The notes: generated by a model from the sequence alone, not told the origin. A stretch of DNA of 64,000 nucleotides from Zancudomyces culisetae HAW-14-8 (GCA_052426225.1 JBNJNM010000022.1:326290-390289), one strand, 5' to 3'. Counted from the stretch's first letter, positions 13,047 through 26,411 are shown. A program made the numbers and translations.

Positions 13047-15230
13047 ATGCTAGAAAAATCGCAATCAGTTCCAAACCTGAGATGTAAACTGTCAAATGCA
13101 ACGAGAAATGGAGGCCGGGCTAACGTAACATCTTCAAACGAGTATTTCATAAAATATACAAAACCGTTTTATAAAAGAGCGATGAGTATGAGTTTTGCTA
13201 TTAACCCTTCACAAAATAATGCATTTATGTTTAATCAAGAAATGCGTGTTGGGGCTGAATTGAATGTAGCCCAGAAAACAACAATAAAACTATCACAAAA
13301 ATGCACCGATAACATGCCAAAAAACACAGTACATACTCAAAAGTCACTTAGAAAACACACTTCAGTCTCAAAAATAAAAAATATCACGTGTAGAAAACAT
13401 AGCACAAAGAAAAAATCTTGGTTCTTACTGTCTACGCCTTTTGCACTCAAGAAAAGCAAAATTGCACTCATGTCAAGACCAACGCCAGATGAAAAAGTTA
13501 TTCCGCTTACAAAATCATACTCGAACCCATGCTCACAACTATTTTCAAAAAATGTGTTTGTGAACCCTGTTCACATCCAAGACAGAAAAAACTTTCCTAG
13601 ATTTGTCAGAGAATATAAAAGTTCTTACAATAAAAGCATTGACGGTCTATCTGAAGATGAATCTAATTTTATTTCCGAGAGAAATGAGTTTAAAAATACT
13701 ACAAGAAAAATTATAGATGCTCCAAAAATCAATGAGCTGGTCATTGAAGATGCGGGTTTTAGTGAAGGATCTTTATTACACTTAAAAAAAAGAGAAAACT
13801 TAGGAAAAACACAATCTGTTTCAGAAAATCTTGGTATATATGTTGGCATAAAGGGAAATAATACTAATAGTAGCAAAACAGCCTCAAATACCAGCACACA
13901 CAGTATCAACATTGGTTGCGCAGATATTCAAAGTGGACATGACCAAAATTTGAGTGAAAAAAATAATATGGGCGAGAAAGTGGAATATGCAGAGTATCAA
14001 CTGTATATAAAATTAATAACGCAATTTAGCAGTAAGCTCAATCAATATGGAGGTCCAACACATCATTTAGAGTCTAATTTAACAAGAATGGCAACGTTTT
14101 TGAATGTTCGGGCCAGTTTCACAGCAATACTGGGAATGGTTTTTATAGTTTTTGAGGACAGCAAAAACAGTTTGAGAAACACACAGCTAGTAAAAACTAC
14201 ACAGGTGTTTGACATAAATAAAATGGAGTTGGTAGATGCAGTTTACGAGGATGTTTTGCGTGGTCACATGTCCATAAAAAATGCAATAAAGATATTAAAA
14301 CAAATCGAAACGCTTCCTGAGATTTATCCATGGTATGTAAAAATGCTTTCATGGTCGCTTTGCTCAGCATGTGTTGCACAGTTAGCATTTAAGGGAGGAT
14401 GGAAGGAAATATGTATGGCTTTTGTTCTTGGGTGGATTGTCTGGTTTATTGACTACGTTGGAAGTATGTTATACAGGTTCAAAAATATGGTTGAATTTAT
14501 CTCTGGGTTTACAGTTGGTTTAATTTCCACAATCCTACAGCACTATGTATGTGCAAGTTCCATAACCCTTTCAGCGTTGGTTGCCATATTGCCAGGAATA
14601 ACTTTAACTATCGGTGCTATCGAGCTAATGGCTAGGAGCATGATCACTGGAGCAATTAGAGTTTTCTACGCACTTGTAGTTACATTTGTGCTATCTTTTG
14701 GAATTCAGGTAGGTAGCTCGTTATATGCAGCGGTATCCACGGGAACAATCGAGCATGGAGTGATACTAGATACTAGTGTTTGTACCAGCATCTCGAAATG
14801 GTATGGTTTTTTGTTTTTTCCTGTCTGCATGATCTCAATTTTTATTTTTCTAAACGTACCTATCAAAAGGTGGCCACTAGGGCTGATTGTTTCAGGAACC
14901 ATGTATATAATCTTGCTAGTATGCAACGAGTATCTCAAACCAAATTATTTTTCAACATTTATATCCACCTTTGTACTTGGAATACTTTCCAATATTTGTG
15001 GTAGATTTTTAGATATTCCGCCTTTTACATTTATACTGCCCGCAGCGATGTTGCTTGTACCTGGAAGCATAGGTGTAAGATCAATTCACTCACTCTTTTC
15101 TAAGGGTGAGTATTTGGATCTTTTAAAAGAAATGACTTCTACTTGTTTGTTTATAATGTCGGGAATGTTTCTAGCGTCCTTTCTTGTATTTCCCACAGGT
15201 CGAAAACGCTCAGCACTTGCAACTTTTTAG
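13047..15230 (+). CDS. Prm10/ThrE-family membrane protein with a long hydrophilic N-terminus
   Basis: YIKLITQFSSKLNQYGGPTHHLE, ILPGITLTIGAIEL..RSMITGAIR and MLLVPGSIG are Prm10 hallmarks. First ATG is at 13047. Confidence 0.9.
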   Translation: MLEKSQSVPNLRCKLSNATRNGGRANVTSSNEYFIKYTKPFYKRAMSMSFAINPSQNNAFMFNQEMRVGAELNVAQKTTIKLSQKCTDNMPKNTVHTQKSLRKHTSVSKIKNITCRKHSTKKKSWFLLSTPFALKKSKIALMSRPTPDEKVIPLTKSYSNPCSQLFSKNVFVNPVHIQDRKNFPRFVREYKSSYNKSIDGLSEDESNFISERNEFKNTTRKIIDAPKINELVIEDAGFSEGSLLHLKKRENLGKTQSVSENLGIYVGIKGNNTNSSKTASNTSTHSINIGCADIQSGHDQNLSEKNNMGEKVEYAEYQLYIKLITQFSSKLNQYGGPTHHLESNLTRMATFLNVRASFTAILGMVFIVFEDSKNSLRNTQLVKTTQVFDINKMELVDAVYEDVLRGHMSIKNAIKILKQIETLPEIYPWYVKMLSWSLCSACVAQLAFKGGWKEICMAFVLGWIVWFIDYVGSMLYRFKNMVEFISGFTVGLISTILQHYVCASSITLSALVAILPGITLTIGAIELMARSMITGAIRVFYALVVTFVLSFGIQVGSSLYAAVSTGTIEHGVILDTSVCTSISKWYGFLFFPVCMISIFIFLNVPIKRWPLGLIVSGTMYIILLVCNEYLKPNYFSTFISTFVLGILSNICGRFLDIPPFTFILPAAMLLVPGSIGVRSIHSLFSKGEYLDLLKEMTSTCLFIMSGMFLASFLVFPTGRKRSALATF

Positions 15231-17534
15231 GTTTTATACCTTTTTTAACACATGTATATACTACATGCGCATTTTCGTATATTTTTTATTTTGTAAAATG
15301 ACAGTTAAAAAAAAGGTAAGGTTTATTGAGAAAATTTGTGAATAAAACCAATTAAAAGAACTAGCATTTTGTTGTAACCAGTTGGGTGGCTAGTTAATGG
15401 TATTGAAACACTGTGTCATGATACTTCAAACAGTCACGTTGCTAAGCGCTAAGGGCAGTGTAAATGAGCAAAAATATAAACTCTGGCGATTAGAATAGAA
15501 ATATAAGATAATGTCAGCGTTTTCTTATATTGGTTTGAGAAATAACTATTTAATATACATCGCACACATTGAATGTAATCATCAAACTTCACCTAAATTT
15601 ACATACCTTACTCCCATTCCCCAACTTTTAGCAGGAATCATAAAACAAATACTAAATGTACACATTTTGGTCTATAAAACTAATCATGTACAATCGCGGG
15701 CTAACAAATCGTACAAATAACAAGGGCTGGACAAGAATAATCTTTAATTCGTTTTCGTGGCCTTTTCTGTTTATTTAAGCCTAAATACAAGTCGTTAGTG
15801 CTATTCTTTTGAATACTTTTAACAAATTTAAAAATCGTTATGGTTAAAGAAAAGCAGCGATAATGCTAACCATTTTTGACAAGTGGTGAAGCAAGCAGGA
15901 AAAATCGGACATGTCAAATAACAACACATAATTTTCTTTTTTCAACAAACAAAAACCAAGAGCATATTCTAGCTAAAGTCAAGTGTGCTCCATTTTCCTT
16001 TTAATTCGCGCTAATGCAAAAATACTCTAGCATAGCATGAACTAGAAGCCAAAATATATGTATTCCAGCACTTGATTCATGGAGTGAAAAACACTTAATT
16101 GTGTTCAATGCCACCATTTGTCAATATTGCCAAACTTCGTTTTTAACAACCAGTAAATCGCTAGAAGTGATTTAATACTCTTTTTTACCTTGCAAATTGC
16201 TATAGTATTAACATGCGGGGAGGAGAGGGATTCATAATTTATGGCTATTAAGTGCCGGAAATAGGAAGCTGGAGTTTGAGATAGTTGCAGAATATTTATC
16301 TAGATATCTCCAAATCCTAGGCCTAACTATTTTGCCCCCACCTTACCTCCGGAACCCTGAAGAGCTAGCACCATACAATTTGTGTTAAGTTTTGTAGTCT
16401 CTTTTTTTCATTTTTGGAGGGGGGAGGGGAATTTTTTTTTTTTCACTAGCTTACGAAAAATATGGCTTTTTTTAGGTCAACTTCTCTGAGAAAAGCGTTT
16501 GTTATTAGCGAAATAGTCTGGGATTTAGAGAATGATTTTACAACTATAGCTCTAGATTACAACAAATATAAATTGAGCCTAGAAAGTTTGTTGCCAACAA
16601 AACCTAGCTCTATTGGGAGAAGAACTAGAGTAATTTTTTAAACGCTTCAGTATCCTAATGTGAAGCTAGAACAAAAGTCTACTACCACAAATTAGTAAAG
16701 AAAACAAAAACTAAAGCCAAAGACCAGCTTTGAAAGTACTGGGAGCTATTCGTTATGTTTTTTTATTGCAAGAAAAATATCTAGATTACACGTAAAGATA
16801 ACTATTTTTACAAAAGTTTATTGCAAATGGTCTAAAGTGTTCTAGCATAAACAATAAAATTTTATCACTTGATTAAATGAATTATTTTACCCACTTATGC
16901 TGCCAACATGAAAGCGTCAAAGGGTTAGCAGAGATATTGGTAAAAATTAAGTAAAAACAATAATAAAAAAGCCACCGTTTAAGGCTTAATGCAATTTATA
17001 TTTGCTATATAAAATCCTTTAGCTCAAACTTTTAGAGTAAGCTTATTTATAAAGAGCACATTCCACATGATGTGCTTTCTCTAAACCACACATCATCTCA
17101 AAAGAGTCTATTTATTTAGCTAATTTTGTTACTTCTTATTCCTAATTTAACTTTATAAAAACTTTATTTATATCAAGCTACTTGCAACAATATATAGTAA
17201 ATAATTATATACCACCAAGACAAGAACTAGTGATGAGTTTAGGCTGAATATAGGCGGTACCTAAAGAATTAAAATCTACAAATCAAGTCAAAAAGTGAAA
17301 AATAACATAATTATTGAGAATAGTATTTTATTTGGAGTTGGTAAAGAACACTCAGTAATAGATATAATTTAAGTCAAGTTTTTGGAAACTCCAGCTAGCA
17401 GAAAGATCAAAAAGGATTTTAGCAATCCAAATTATAAGGCCTGTCGAGTATTATTTTACCAGAAATACTCAAAAATAACCAACCAACTCTCTACAAAATC
17501 AATAGGAAGCTACTGGAAACACAATACATCAAAA

Positions 17535-19070
17535 ATGTCTGTTCAAAAACATCGTGTGGTGGAGGCCGATCCTAAAAACACATGCAAAAAAGTTGGAAAC
17601 ATAATAATAAAAGGTGTAGATAAATATAAAATTCTCAGTGTGTTAGCAAGCGGGTCATACGGACCAATATATTTGGCAAGATTGCAAACCCATCCATATT
17701 CTTATCACGTGGTAAAATCTCTGAGCAAAAAAATAATATTCAACTCAAATAAAACTCAAGAGTTAATTCCATTCCATATTCGAGAAATTCAACTTCACTC
17801 AGCCCTGCAGCATCACGCAAATATAGTTCAACTAGACTTTATATGCGAGACTTTTGGAAATTACTACATAGGGATGGAATACTGTTGTTATGGCGATCTA
17901 TATGATGCAATAACGACTACCACGGATATTACCCACCCTTGGCATCATATAAAGGGAAACCATTGTATGATAAACAAGGCGTTTATGGAAATATTGGATG
18001 GACTAATACATATGCATGAAAATGGTGTATACCATCGGGATTTAAAACCAGAAAATATTTTTATAGGTAATAACGGAAAACTTAAAATAGCAGATTTTGG
18101 TCTAGCAACACTTGATTATTGGTCAAGCGAGTTTGGGTGTGGAAGTAGTTTTTACATGAGCCCAGAGTTACAAGACAAGGACTTTAGTTACCCGGGAAGA
18201 GTATTTAGATACTACAATGAAACAGGAGATTCAATATATTGCACTGCACACTGTGATATATGGGCGCTGGGTATAATATTTATTAATCTTTGCTTTGGAA
18301 GAAATCCATGGAAAACTGCAACCATGAATGATCCGACATTTGCAGCATTTGTAGAGAATCCAGGAGTGCTTTTTGAGCTATTCCCGCTAACATTTGAGGG
18401 ATATAGTATTGTTGTAAAAATGCTCGAACTTGACCCATCTAAAAGAACTTCGCTGTATTGGCTCAAAAAAATTATTGGACAAGATATAAAGTATTTTTAT
18501 GACTCAAATGATAAAAACCTTAATACAAGGGTATTTGTCCAAAATGCAAAAAATATAAATAAATTCAGCAACCAAGAAACTAAAGGAACAGCACCAATTC
18601 CAAAAATTATACCCCAAACACGAGTGAATAAAAAAATGGATCTAAACCTGAATCCTACGGATAGTTTGTTAAACTTTGAAGATAAGAGTGCCTTGTTCAT
18701 GCCCTTAGTTCCTGAAAAGGAAACTTTATCTGGTAATAGATACCTCTCAAACTCGACCCTAAATGATAGAATGGTCAACTATTTTATCAACAAGAGAGTA
18801 AATCTACGCGATTGTTCTTTTAATACAAAAAGCAGTGCTTGTAAAGGTATTGAAGACAAAAATGATAATGGTAGTGGCAAAATAGGTGGTGGTATAAATC
18901 GGCAAGATTATAGTTGTACTAATAGTGATAAGTATAGCCATAGTGGTAGAGATGTGGGTGGAACTATGAGTGAAGATAGGAACGGGGGCGGAGCTGAAGC
19001 TTTTGGATCATATTCTACACAAAACAGTTCACATAATAAGTATATGCTTCTTAAAGGTACGAAAGTTTAA
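17535..19070 (+). CDS. Ser/Thr protein kinase, Ran1/Pat1 (Sks1/Vhs1) family
   Basis: HRDLKPEN, DFGLAT, EFGCGSSFYMSPE and DIWALGIIFINLCFGRNPWKTA (family-diagnostic GRNPW). First ATG is at 17535. Confidence 0.92.
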   Translation: MSVQKHRVVEADPKNTCKKVGNIIIKGVDKYKILSVLASGSYGPIYLARLQTHPYSYHVVKSLSKKIIFNSNKTQELIPFHIREIQLHSALQHHANIVQLDFICETFGNYYIGMEYCCYGDLYDAITTTTDITHPWHHIKGNHCMINKAFMEILDGLIHMHENGVYHRDLKPENIFIGNNGKLKIADFGLATLDYWSSEFGCGSSFYMSPELQDKDFSYPGRVFRYYNETGDSIYCTAHCDIWALGIIFINLCFGRNPWKTATMNDPTFAAFVENPGVLFELFPLTFEGYSIVVKMLELDPSKRTSLYWLKKIIGQDIKYFYDSNDKNLNTRVFVQNAKNINKFSNQETKGTAPIPKIIPQTRVNKKMDLNLNPTDSLLNFEDKSALFMPLVPEKETLSGNRYLSNSTLNDRMVNYFINKRVNLRDCSFNTKSSACKGIEDKNDNGSGKIGGGINRQDYSCTNSDKYSHSGRDVGGTMSEDRNGGGAEAFGSYSTQNSSHNKYMLLKGTKV

Positions 19071-19878
19071 TTTTTATTGTAATTCTGATACTATACACAG
19101 TCGGCTATAATTATCCAGCATGTAAATCGGAAAATGAGATTATTGAGATTAGACTAAAGTATTATTTTAATAACATTTCAGAATGTGCTACTAAAAAATA
19201 GCTGACAACATAAAATCAAATACTGGAAAGGGCGATCCATATATCCATACAGATGACTCTGTGAACACACTTGAACGGATACAAAAAAAGCTTATAAACC
19301 GTCAAAAAAATCAATGGTGTGATAAGGATATAGGTCACGATAAGGTCAAACAAACTGAACCCTCGCTTGCTTTTGTTTCAGAAACTAGAAATGGCTGTAA
19401 TGAATTTATAGAGCCAAAAGTAAATATTGTCACAGGAAGCTTTCTGATGGATATTCCATAGAGGTGTTGATTCGAAAACTGAATAGCTATAAAAATATAA
19501 ATTAATTGGATGTGTATATGAAATTTCCAACGAATTATTACATTTTAAGAACCCTTGATATAATATCTTTACTAGGGTGTTTCAGACAGAACAGTAATAG
19601 TATCTTGTAGTATTAGTATTTAAATAACAAATAAATTGGTACTTTGAAAAGCTGAAGACTAGTCTCATAATATTATAGTATATGTCAAGATAAAACCAAC
19701 CAAGGTACATGAAAATACCACAGAAATATCATAATAGTTTTTGTCTTTTTTTCAAGGTTGCTTTGTTGATACATACCAAATGCCGATGGTGCCATTTCTC
19801 AATCTGAGAGGTATTAAAATAAAGCCCTATGCTGTTTTGTGAGAATAAATACATGTTTCTTAATGTTCAATTTACGTG

Positions 19879-20545
19879 TTAATACTTGTATTTCGTGGAA
19901 TAATCCTTCGGAGATACCACCAAACCTCTGCCCTTCCTAGCACCTCTATAAACGACCTCGACGATATCAATAAACTCTTGTTTGTCTTGAATTGCCCAGT
20001 TAATCTTGTTGTTATTTCCCGTTCCCAAATCAATCATAATATGTTTATTTCTGTAGAAAAACATTGTGGTACAAGCATCATACAACTCATACATTACATT
20101 AAAATCAGGCACTTCTGTTATATCCACCAAATAAATTACCGCAAAATTCTTAATCAATTCGGCAACTTTGTACAAGGTTTCATCCATCACCATACACTCT
20201 GGCTCCTATTTTTAAAAATATATTTTAGTTTTGAATTTTTCGTTTCATGCACTTTTATAAAATTGCAAATAAAACATTTCTATAATAAATTTACCCAATC
20301 ATGACCAAATCTGATTATTACTACTCTATCCTCTTCAGATAATATCGCCTGGTCTACCTGCCAGCCTAATAACATGTATGAAATAATAATGTATTTTTGA
20401 CTTTTCTTTTGCTCAAATTTCAGGATTCGAGAAATTCAAGGAAATAAGAGGGAGCTTACCATTTGTGAGATGTGGAATCAGATAACTCTACAAGATTTAA
20501 AAATGTTAGTATAAATTGTGTAACAATTTCAAGCGTACTTACCAT
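19879..20545 (-). CDS. DIB1: U5 snRNP protein Dib1/Dim1 (TXNL4A), 4 coding exons (20545-20543, 20487-20460, 20365-20295, 20205-19879), 142 aa
   Basis: Spliced frame reads MSYLIPHLTNGWQVDQAILSEEDRVVIIRFGHDWEPECMVMDETL...DLGTGNNNKINW...GRGLVVSPKDYSTKYKY. The 429 nt give the canonical 142 aa. Confidence 0.97.
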
Positions 20546-20909
20546 TGTGTTACTAAGATTCTGAAAACCCTGATATGCGGTACTCTAATTTCTGTGTTAG
20601 TAAAGCTCCCAATTCTCACAGTTAAAAAAATAACAAAATGGAGGTTTTATATGTAGTTGGGTTTTACAGTTAAAATTATTTTTCTGCAAATATTTAACTT
20701 CAAAAAATTGAAAACTCATTGGTCGATTTTGGTTTGCAGAACAAATTTTTGTTACAAGGTCAAATTCTATGGATTTTTCAAATTGGAAAACAGAAAATGA
20801 TCCAAAGGAAACATGCAAAAATAAATGCAAGGATCTCTTATTTTCCCGGGAGAAATATAAAGAGTTTGGATAATAGCATACAAATCTAAAAGCGCATGGG
20901 GGTAGAAGT

Positions 20910-23900
20910 ATGAAGGGAAAAAAACCGAATTTAGCCAAAAAGCAAACTATATTATCTACGTACTTTTTAAAGTTACCATCGGTAATAAAGCTTGGTGATA
21001 AGGAGAATGGACAGGAAGGCGTAAATCTTGATGTACCACCACAAAGAAACACCGATTCTAAAAGCAATGAGTCAGTGTGTGAAATAGAAGACGATAACAA
21101 AGAAATCAAGGAAAATACTGAGTTTCTGAAAAGATTTTCCTTCAATGTAAGATTTAATGGAGACAGTTTGTGTAAATCTAAAACTGTGTTCAAGACTTTT
21201 AATAAAAATAAAAATAAATAAATAGAACGAGCAAACAGAGGAGGTTGCGGGAAAAAAGGATATCATAGATAAGATTGTCGTGGATATTGATAATAATGAC
21301 ATTAAATTGGAATTCGGGGTTTCAGACAGGGAAAAGATGGGAATATCCAAAATACGTGATTGTGGTCTAAATAACGAGAACCAAAATAAGGACAAAAGGA
21401 TCAAATTGTCACACAATGAGCAATCATCAAGCAGAATTTCGGATATGGTACTATCTACGGAATTCCCCTCTCAAGATTTCATAAAAAGTAATGAAAGCAG
21501 TTACGCTAGCATAAAAAATTATGAGTTACACGACTCAACCAACATGTCAAAGAATTCATACAAGCACACCTCTTCTCTAGAACGTCTAAAAGATAAACTT
21601 TTGTTATTTGATGCAAATTATTTGAATAAAGCGAGAACACATGAGGAAGAAGGCAAGAATCACGCGAAAGGGGCAGAAATGGAGGGTAATACGCAAAATA
21701 TTGGTGCTAAAAACAAGCTAGCCATAGCTGAAAACAGCTTCAAAGCATTAAGTAACAAAATGTGTGACGGGAAATTCACACCGTTGGAGAAACAATTTTT
21801 AGAAATAAAAGGTAGCAACAAGGACAAGCTGCTGGTTGTAGAAGTTGGATACAAATTCGTATTGTTTGGAGAAGATTCCGAGGTAGTGTTCAATGGGCTA
21901 CATTTAAAAATGCGTACTTTTGATTCATTGCGTATATTTTATTTCTGCGTAGGTGTATACTCAATAATGATAGGTTAAAATTATTGTACACTGAATTATA
22001 TTTAGATTGCAGCTAGGGTTTTAGGCATTTATAGCACACAGAACCAAAATCAAAATTTTAAGACGTCGAGTTTTCCAACACATAGGCTAATGGTACATGT
22101 TAGAAGACTTGTTTATGCCGGCTATAAGGTAGGAATAGTAAGACAAACCGAGACCGTGGCGTTGAAGGAAGTGGGTGATAATAAAAGTGGACCGTTTAAA
22201 AGGGCGTTGTGTGAGGTGTATACAAAAGGTACATTTATCAGCGAAAATGGCGGTGATGAAACAGTAGGATCAATAGTATGTGTTGTTGATGCTATCAGGA
22301 AAGGTGTTTGTACAGTTGGACTTGTCGTAAGTTTCTTTGACTTTTTATTTATGTGGTTTTTTGTTTGGATGAGAAAAGTATAAAATAATTCCAGCACAAC
22401 CCGCTTCCGTTTCAAGTTTATTTTTTAGTGTATGTGGCTATTCATAACAAAAATCCTGGGAAAATAGGCTGCGGATCTTAGTATTGGAAAAATAATTGTC
22501 AGCGAATTTACTGATGTATATTCGAGAATGGAATTGGAGGCGACATTGGCTCATCTGCAACCTGCAGAGTTAATTCTATCAGCAACTCTTTCCCAGGAAT
22601 CTACAAAAAAATGTACTTTATTTAACAATTCAAGCTGCAGAATCGAAACAATGAAACAATTAAATACAAAAGAAGCGATCAGTGCCATAATTGCGGGTCT
22701 TGATGGCCTTGGTGCGTTTAAGGCAATTCAAGAAATAGCAGAGGATATTGGACCCTTGGTTACATGTGCTGCAGAAATGCTATTTAGATATTTAAAACAG
22801 TTTAAACTAGAGGGGTTGTTTTGTAGTGACTATGGGTGTGATAAAAAGGTTTTTACAAACTTTGGAGAAAAAGCGTATATGAGACTCGATTCTAAATCAA
22901 TGAGGTCGCTCTACATATTTAAAGCTGACGACGAATCAGAAAGCCTTTTTGATTTTATGGACCACACAAAAACACCAATGGGAAAGCGGCGTCTATTCCA
23001 ATGGTTGTCAAGACCGCTGACGTCGCCTGCATTGATTTCTCAGCGACAAGATATAATTGAAACCATTTTAGTAGCATCCAGCAAACAACCTACCGAAAGC
23101 GATAAAGATCACACTCTATTTACCATAGTTAACAAGGTGAAACGGGTTTTAAAAAATACAGGCACTGATGTTGAAAATGCGCTGTTTAGAATTCAAGTAT
23201 CGAGAGTGGTACCGATAGAAGTTGTAAAATTGCTAAAAACTCTCAAGAGAATAATTAGGGAAGTTATCGATGAGAATAATGTCATAGAAACAAATAATTT
23301 GCTATTAAAACAAATAACGAATTTTAAAGCCTGGGAGGGGTTGTACAATATTTCATCTAAATTATTAGATTTTATGGATGAAAATGCAGCAAAGTCGTCT
23401 GACTGGATAAATATGTTTGTTTCACATAATACTGAGGGCTGTGGAATTGACGGACACTGCTATCACACTCAACTCAATCAATATCACCATGCAATAGATA
23501 ATATAAAGTCGGTTTGGGACTCTGAAGTTGTTGGTGTACTGGGCTATCAGCTTACTCCAAAATTTATTTTGGGTGAAGAGGTAAGAGTATGACTATCGTT
23601 TAAGGACTCACCTTTTGGTTTTCAAGCCAAACTTAGATGGTAACAGTAAATCATTGAGTAAATACACCCCATTGAAAATATTAATACATGGCTACTGGTT
23701 TTACCAAAATAGTATCTTGTGGAGGTGACAAAGTCAAAACTTGCCACAATCCCCAACAATTGGATAAAGGCTTCATCCACAAAAACTGCATACAGGTTTA
23801 AGGCTCCAGCAGTTGTTAGTGCCATTAAAGCGCGAAATAGACACAAGGAAACACTGGTGGTTGAATCAAAGTTATTATTTAATAGAATATGTCGGTAAGT

Positions 23901-25157
23901 TTTTCATTTTAAAAATGTTTAAAACTTTGGTTTGTTTGATAATTTATATTCACGACTCTGCGAACAACTCAAATTCTTTTTTATGAAGTTTAACAAATGC
24001 ATAAATATGCGATTATTAGCGAAATTTGCACTCACTATTCTACAATAAGCGACTTGGCAAAGACCATTGGAGTTTGGGACGCCTTATTTTCACTTTCCAC
24101 AGTAGCATCTTTTCCTGGTTATACAAAACCAAAGGTTTCTGAAAGCGTTGATAACCAGGTAATTATACGTATCATGTTTGGTTTATTTTGTTAATTTTGT
24201 TTTTAACAGAGCTATAATCATACTTTATCTGGGAATAATTAGTCGATTATTAGTATTAAGGGTGCTCGACACCCTCTATTGGAGTCCAGGATAAATTTTA
24301 TTCCAAATGATGTTGAGCTGAGCGTAAGTTTTGCATTTGGTCTTCTATTAAAATTTATACCCTCTAGCTCAAATTAAGTATACAATATTACAATCGAATC
24401 TAAAATTATAACTTAGACAAATAATGCCCAAGCATTGATATTAACCGGTCCAAATATGGGAGGAAAATCAACTTATATTAACACGCTATGCACTCTTGTG
24501 ATAATGGCACATATTGGCAGTTACATTCCAGCTGAGCATGACCAGGCTTTATTAACACCAATGGACGCGATATTTACAAGAATAGGGGCAAACGATGACA
24601 TTCTTAACTCCAAATCCACATTTATGGTCGAGATGGAAGAAACGAACTATGCGTTGAAAAACGCAACTTCACAATCTTTGATAATTTTGGATGAGCTAGG
24701 AAGAGGCACTAGTTCTGTAGATGGATACGCAATAGCAAGCTCCGTTCTCACCTATCTTTTAGACATATACCGCTACAAGCCACTGGTGGTTTTTGCAACA
24801 CATTTTTCACAAATTGCCAGATTCTACTACGAAAATCCTCTTTACGGACAGGTGAGTGTGTGTCACATGTCATTTGTTACTTCCAGATCTTCTCCAAACG
24901 TAGTCCCCAAGTGTGCTACGACACATCCTAAAGGACATGATCCTGATCATCAATCAAGTTTGCAGGTTGATAAGCATTCATCTTTGTCGGGCTGCTCATA
25001 TAATCCCGAAGACGTTGTCTTCTTGTACAAGTTGGTAGATGGTGTGGTATACTCAGACAGCTATGGAGTATTTATTGCAAGAATGGCTGGGATTCCAGAA
25101 CAAGTACTGCGAACAGCGCTAGATGCATCATCAGAGCTTAGAAGCAAGTTAAAGTAA
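20910..25157 (+). CDS. MSH3: DNA mismatch repair protein MSH3, 8 exons (20910-21146, 21226-21882, 22006-22326, 22468-23580, 23713-23894, 24020-24158, 24243-24323, 24417-25157), ~1156 aa
   Basis: [71 protein letters not shown] (MSH3-specific domain I), GARHP, Walker [10 protein letters not shown] and DELGRGT. All introns are GT-AG and phase-consistent. Confidence 0.93.
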
Positions 25158-25469
25158 GTTTGGTTTTTTTTTAAAAAAAAAGTTTAACCATTATTTGAGA
25201 AATACTCATGAATGATGAACTTTATTTTTCAAAAATAAAATATTACTAATTTAAAGCAATTATTTAATAGCCCGCAAGATGCTCTACTAGAGCAGTTTAA
25301 GTATATAATGGAAAACTAGTATCCTGTAGCCGACCATTTCACATTAACTTGACAAAAAACGTCAAAATAGTAGCTAGAGTAGTTAGGTTGCGAATTGGCG
25401 TAAATAACCAAATTAATAAAATATGTAACCGCCTTCAAAAGCCGTGTTGGAAAGGGAGGAGCTGTCAAT

Positions 25470-25907
25470 TCAAAAATTATCCTTCCTTGGTTGTTGAACT
25501 AAATTTATTGGCTTGTAAATTCTGGTGCTCAAGCTACTGTCTTTGTTTGTAAATTTTTCCAAGTTTTTACTCCGTTCAAGATTCTGCTGATGGATAAAAC
25601 TTTCATACTCTGCTAGGGTGGTACTTGTATGTGCAATGTCAGCATCATTTTGATTGGAACCCACCTCAAGATCTTGTTGATTGCAGTTTAACTCGGCCAA
25701 CGACCCTTCTGTTGAAGTGGAATCGATGTTGGTACTTAAGACAGGATTTTCCCTTAACTCTTCATCTTGAATTTGTAGTGAATTTGCGCGGTCACTCTCA
25801 CCCTGAATGACATTTGAAATCCCACCCCTTATCACTCTTCTTTGGCCTGCAACTAGCTCTGTTTTTAGAGCACGTGATAAATTCTCGATCTCTTTTTCTT
25901 TATCCAT
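25470..25907 (-). CDS. Hypothetical acidic/hydrophilic protein (145 aa), possibly truncated
   Basis: ATG-initiated ORF, GC-richer than its flanks. No recognised motif. Confidence 0.45.
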   Translation of the reverse strand: MDKEKEIENLSRALKTELVAGQRRVIRGGISNVIQGESDRANSLQIQDEELRENPVLSTNIDSTSTEGSLAELNCNQQDLEVGSNQNDADIAHTSTTLAEYESFIHQQNLERSKNLEKFTNKDSSLSTRIYKPINLVQQPRKDNF

Positions 25908-26411
25908 ATCACAAGTATGTAAATAAATTTGACTGCAAGGTATGTGTACTATAGTTTAGTGAAGATGTGTTGTATTAGCGCGGAAGTAACGACACAAAGA
26001 AAAACATTTCAGTTGTGACTCCATACGATCTTTATAAACACCATTTTATAGTTTTTATGAGAATTGTGTTTACTAGTACAACAATAATACCTGGCTAAAA
26101 ATAAAAATTTCAAAACTTTAGATTTGCTTATGATAAATATGTAAATAGGTGTATTCTACTATGATCCGTCAAATGGTGTAAAAAAATGACTAAAAGAAAT
26201 AAACAAATACGCATGATACCCAAATAAAACAGTGTGAATATGACCATCGTCAGGTAAAAAAAACATTTGATGGATGTCTTTTCCCAACTAGTACTGCTTT
26301 ATTTGCAATTGGAGGTAATAAAAGACGTTATTATTTTTTACGTCCATTTATTGTTGATTTGCTCCAGTAAAAACTACCACGTGAAGGCTCAAAAACTATC
26401 ACATGAGAGGT

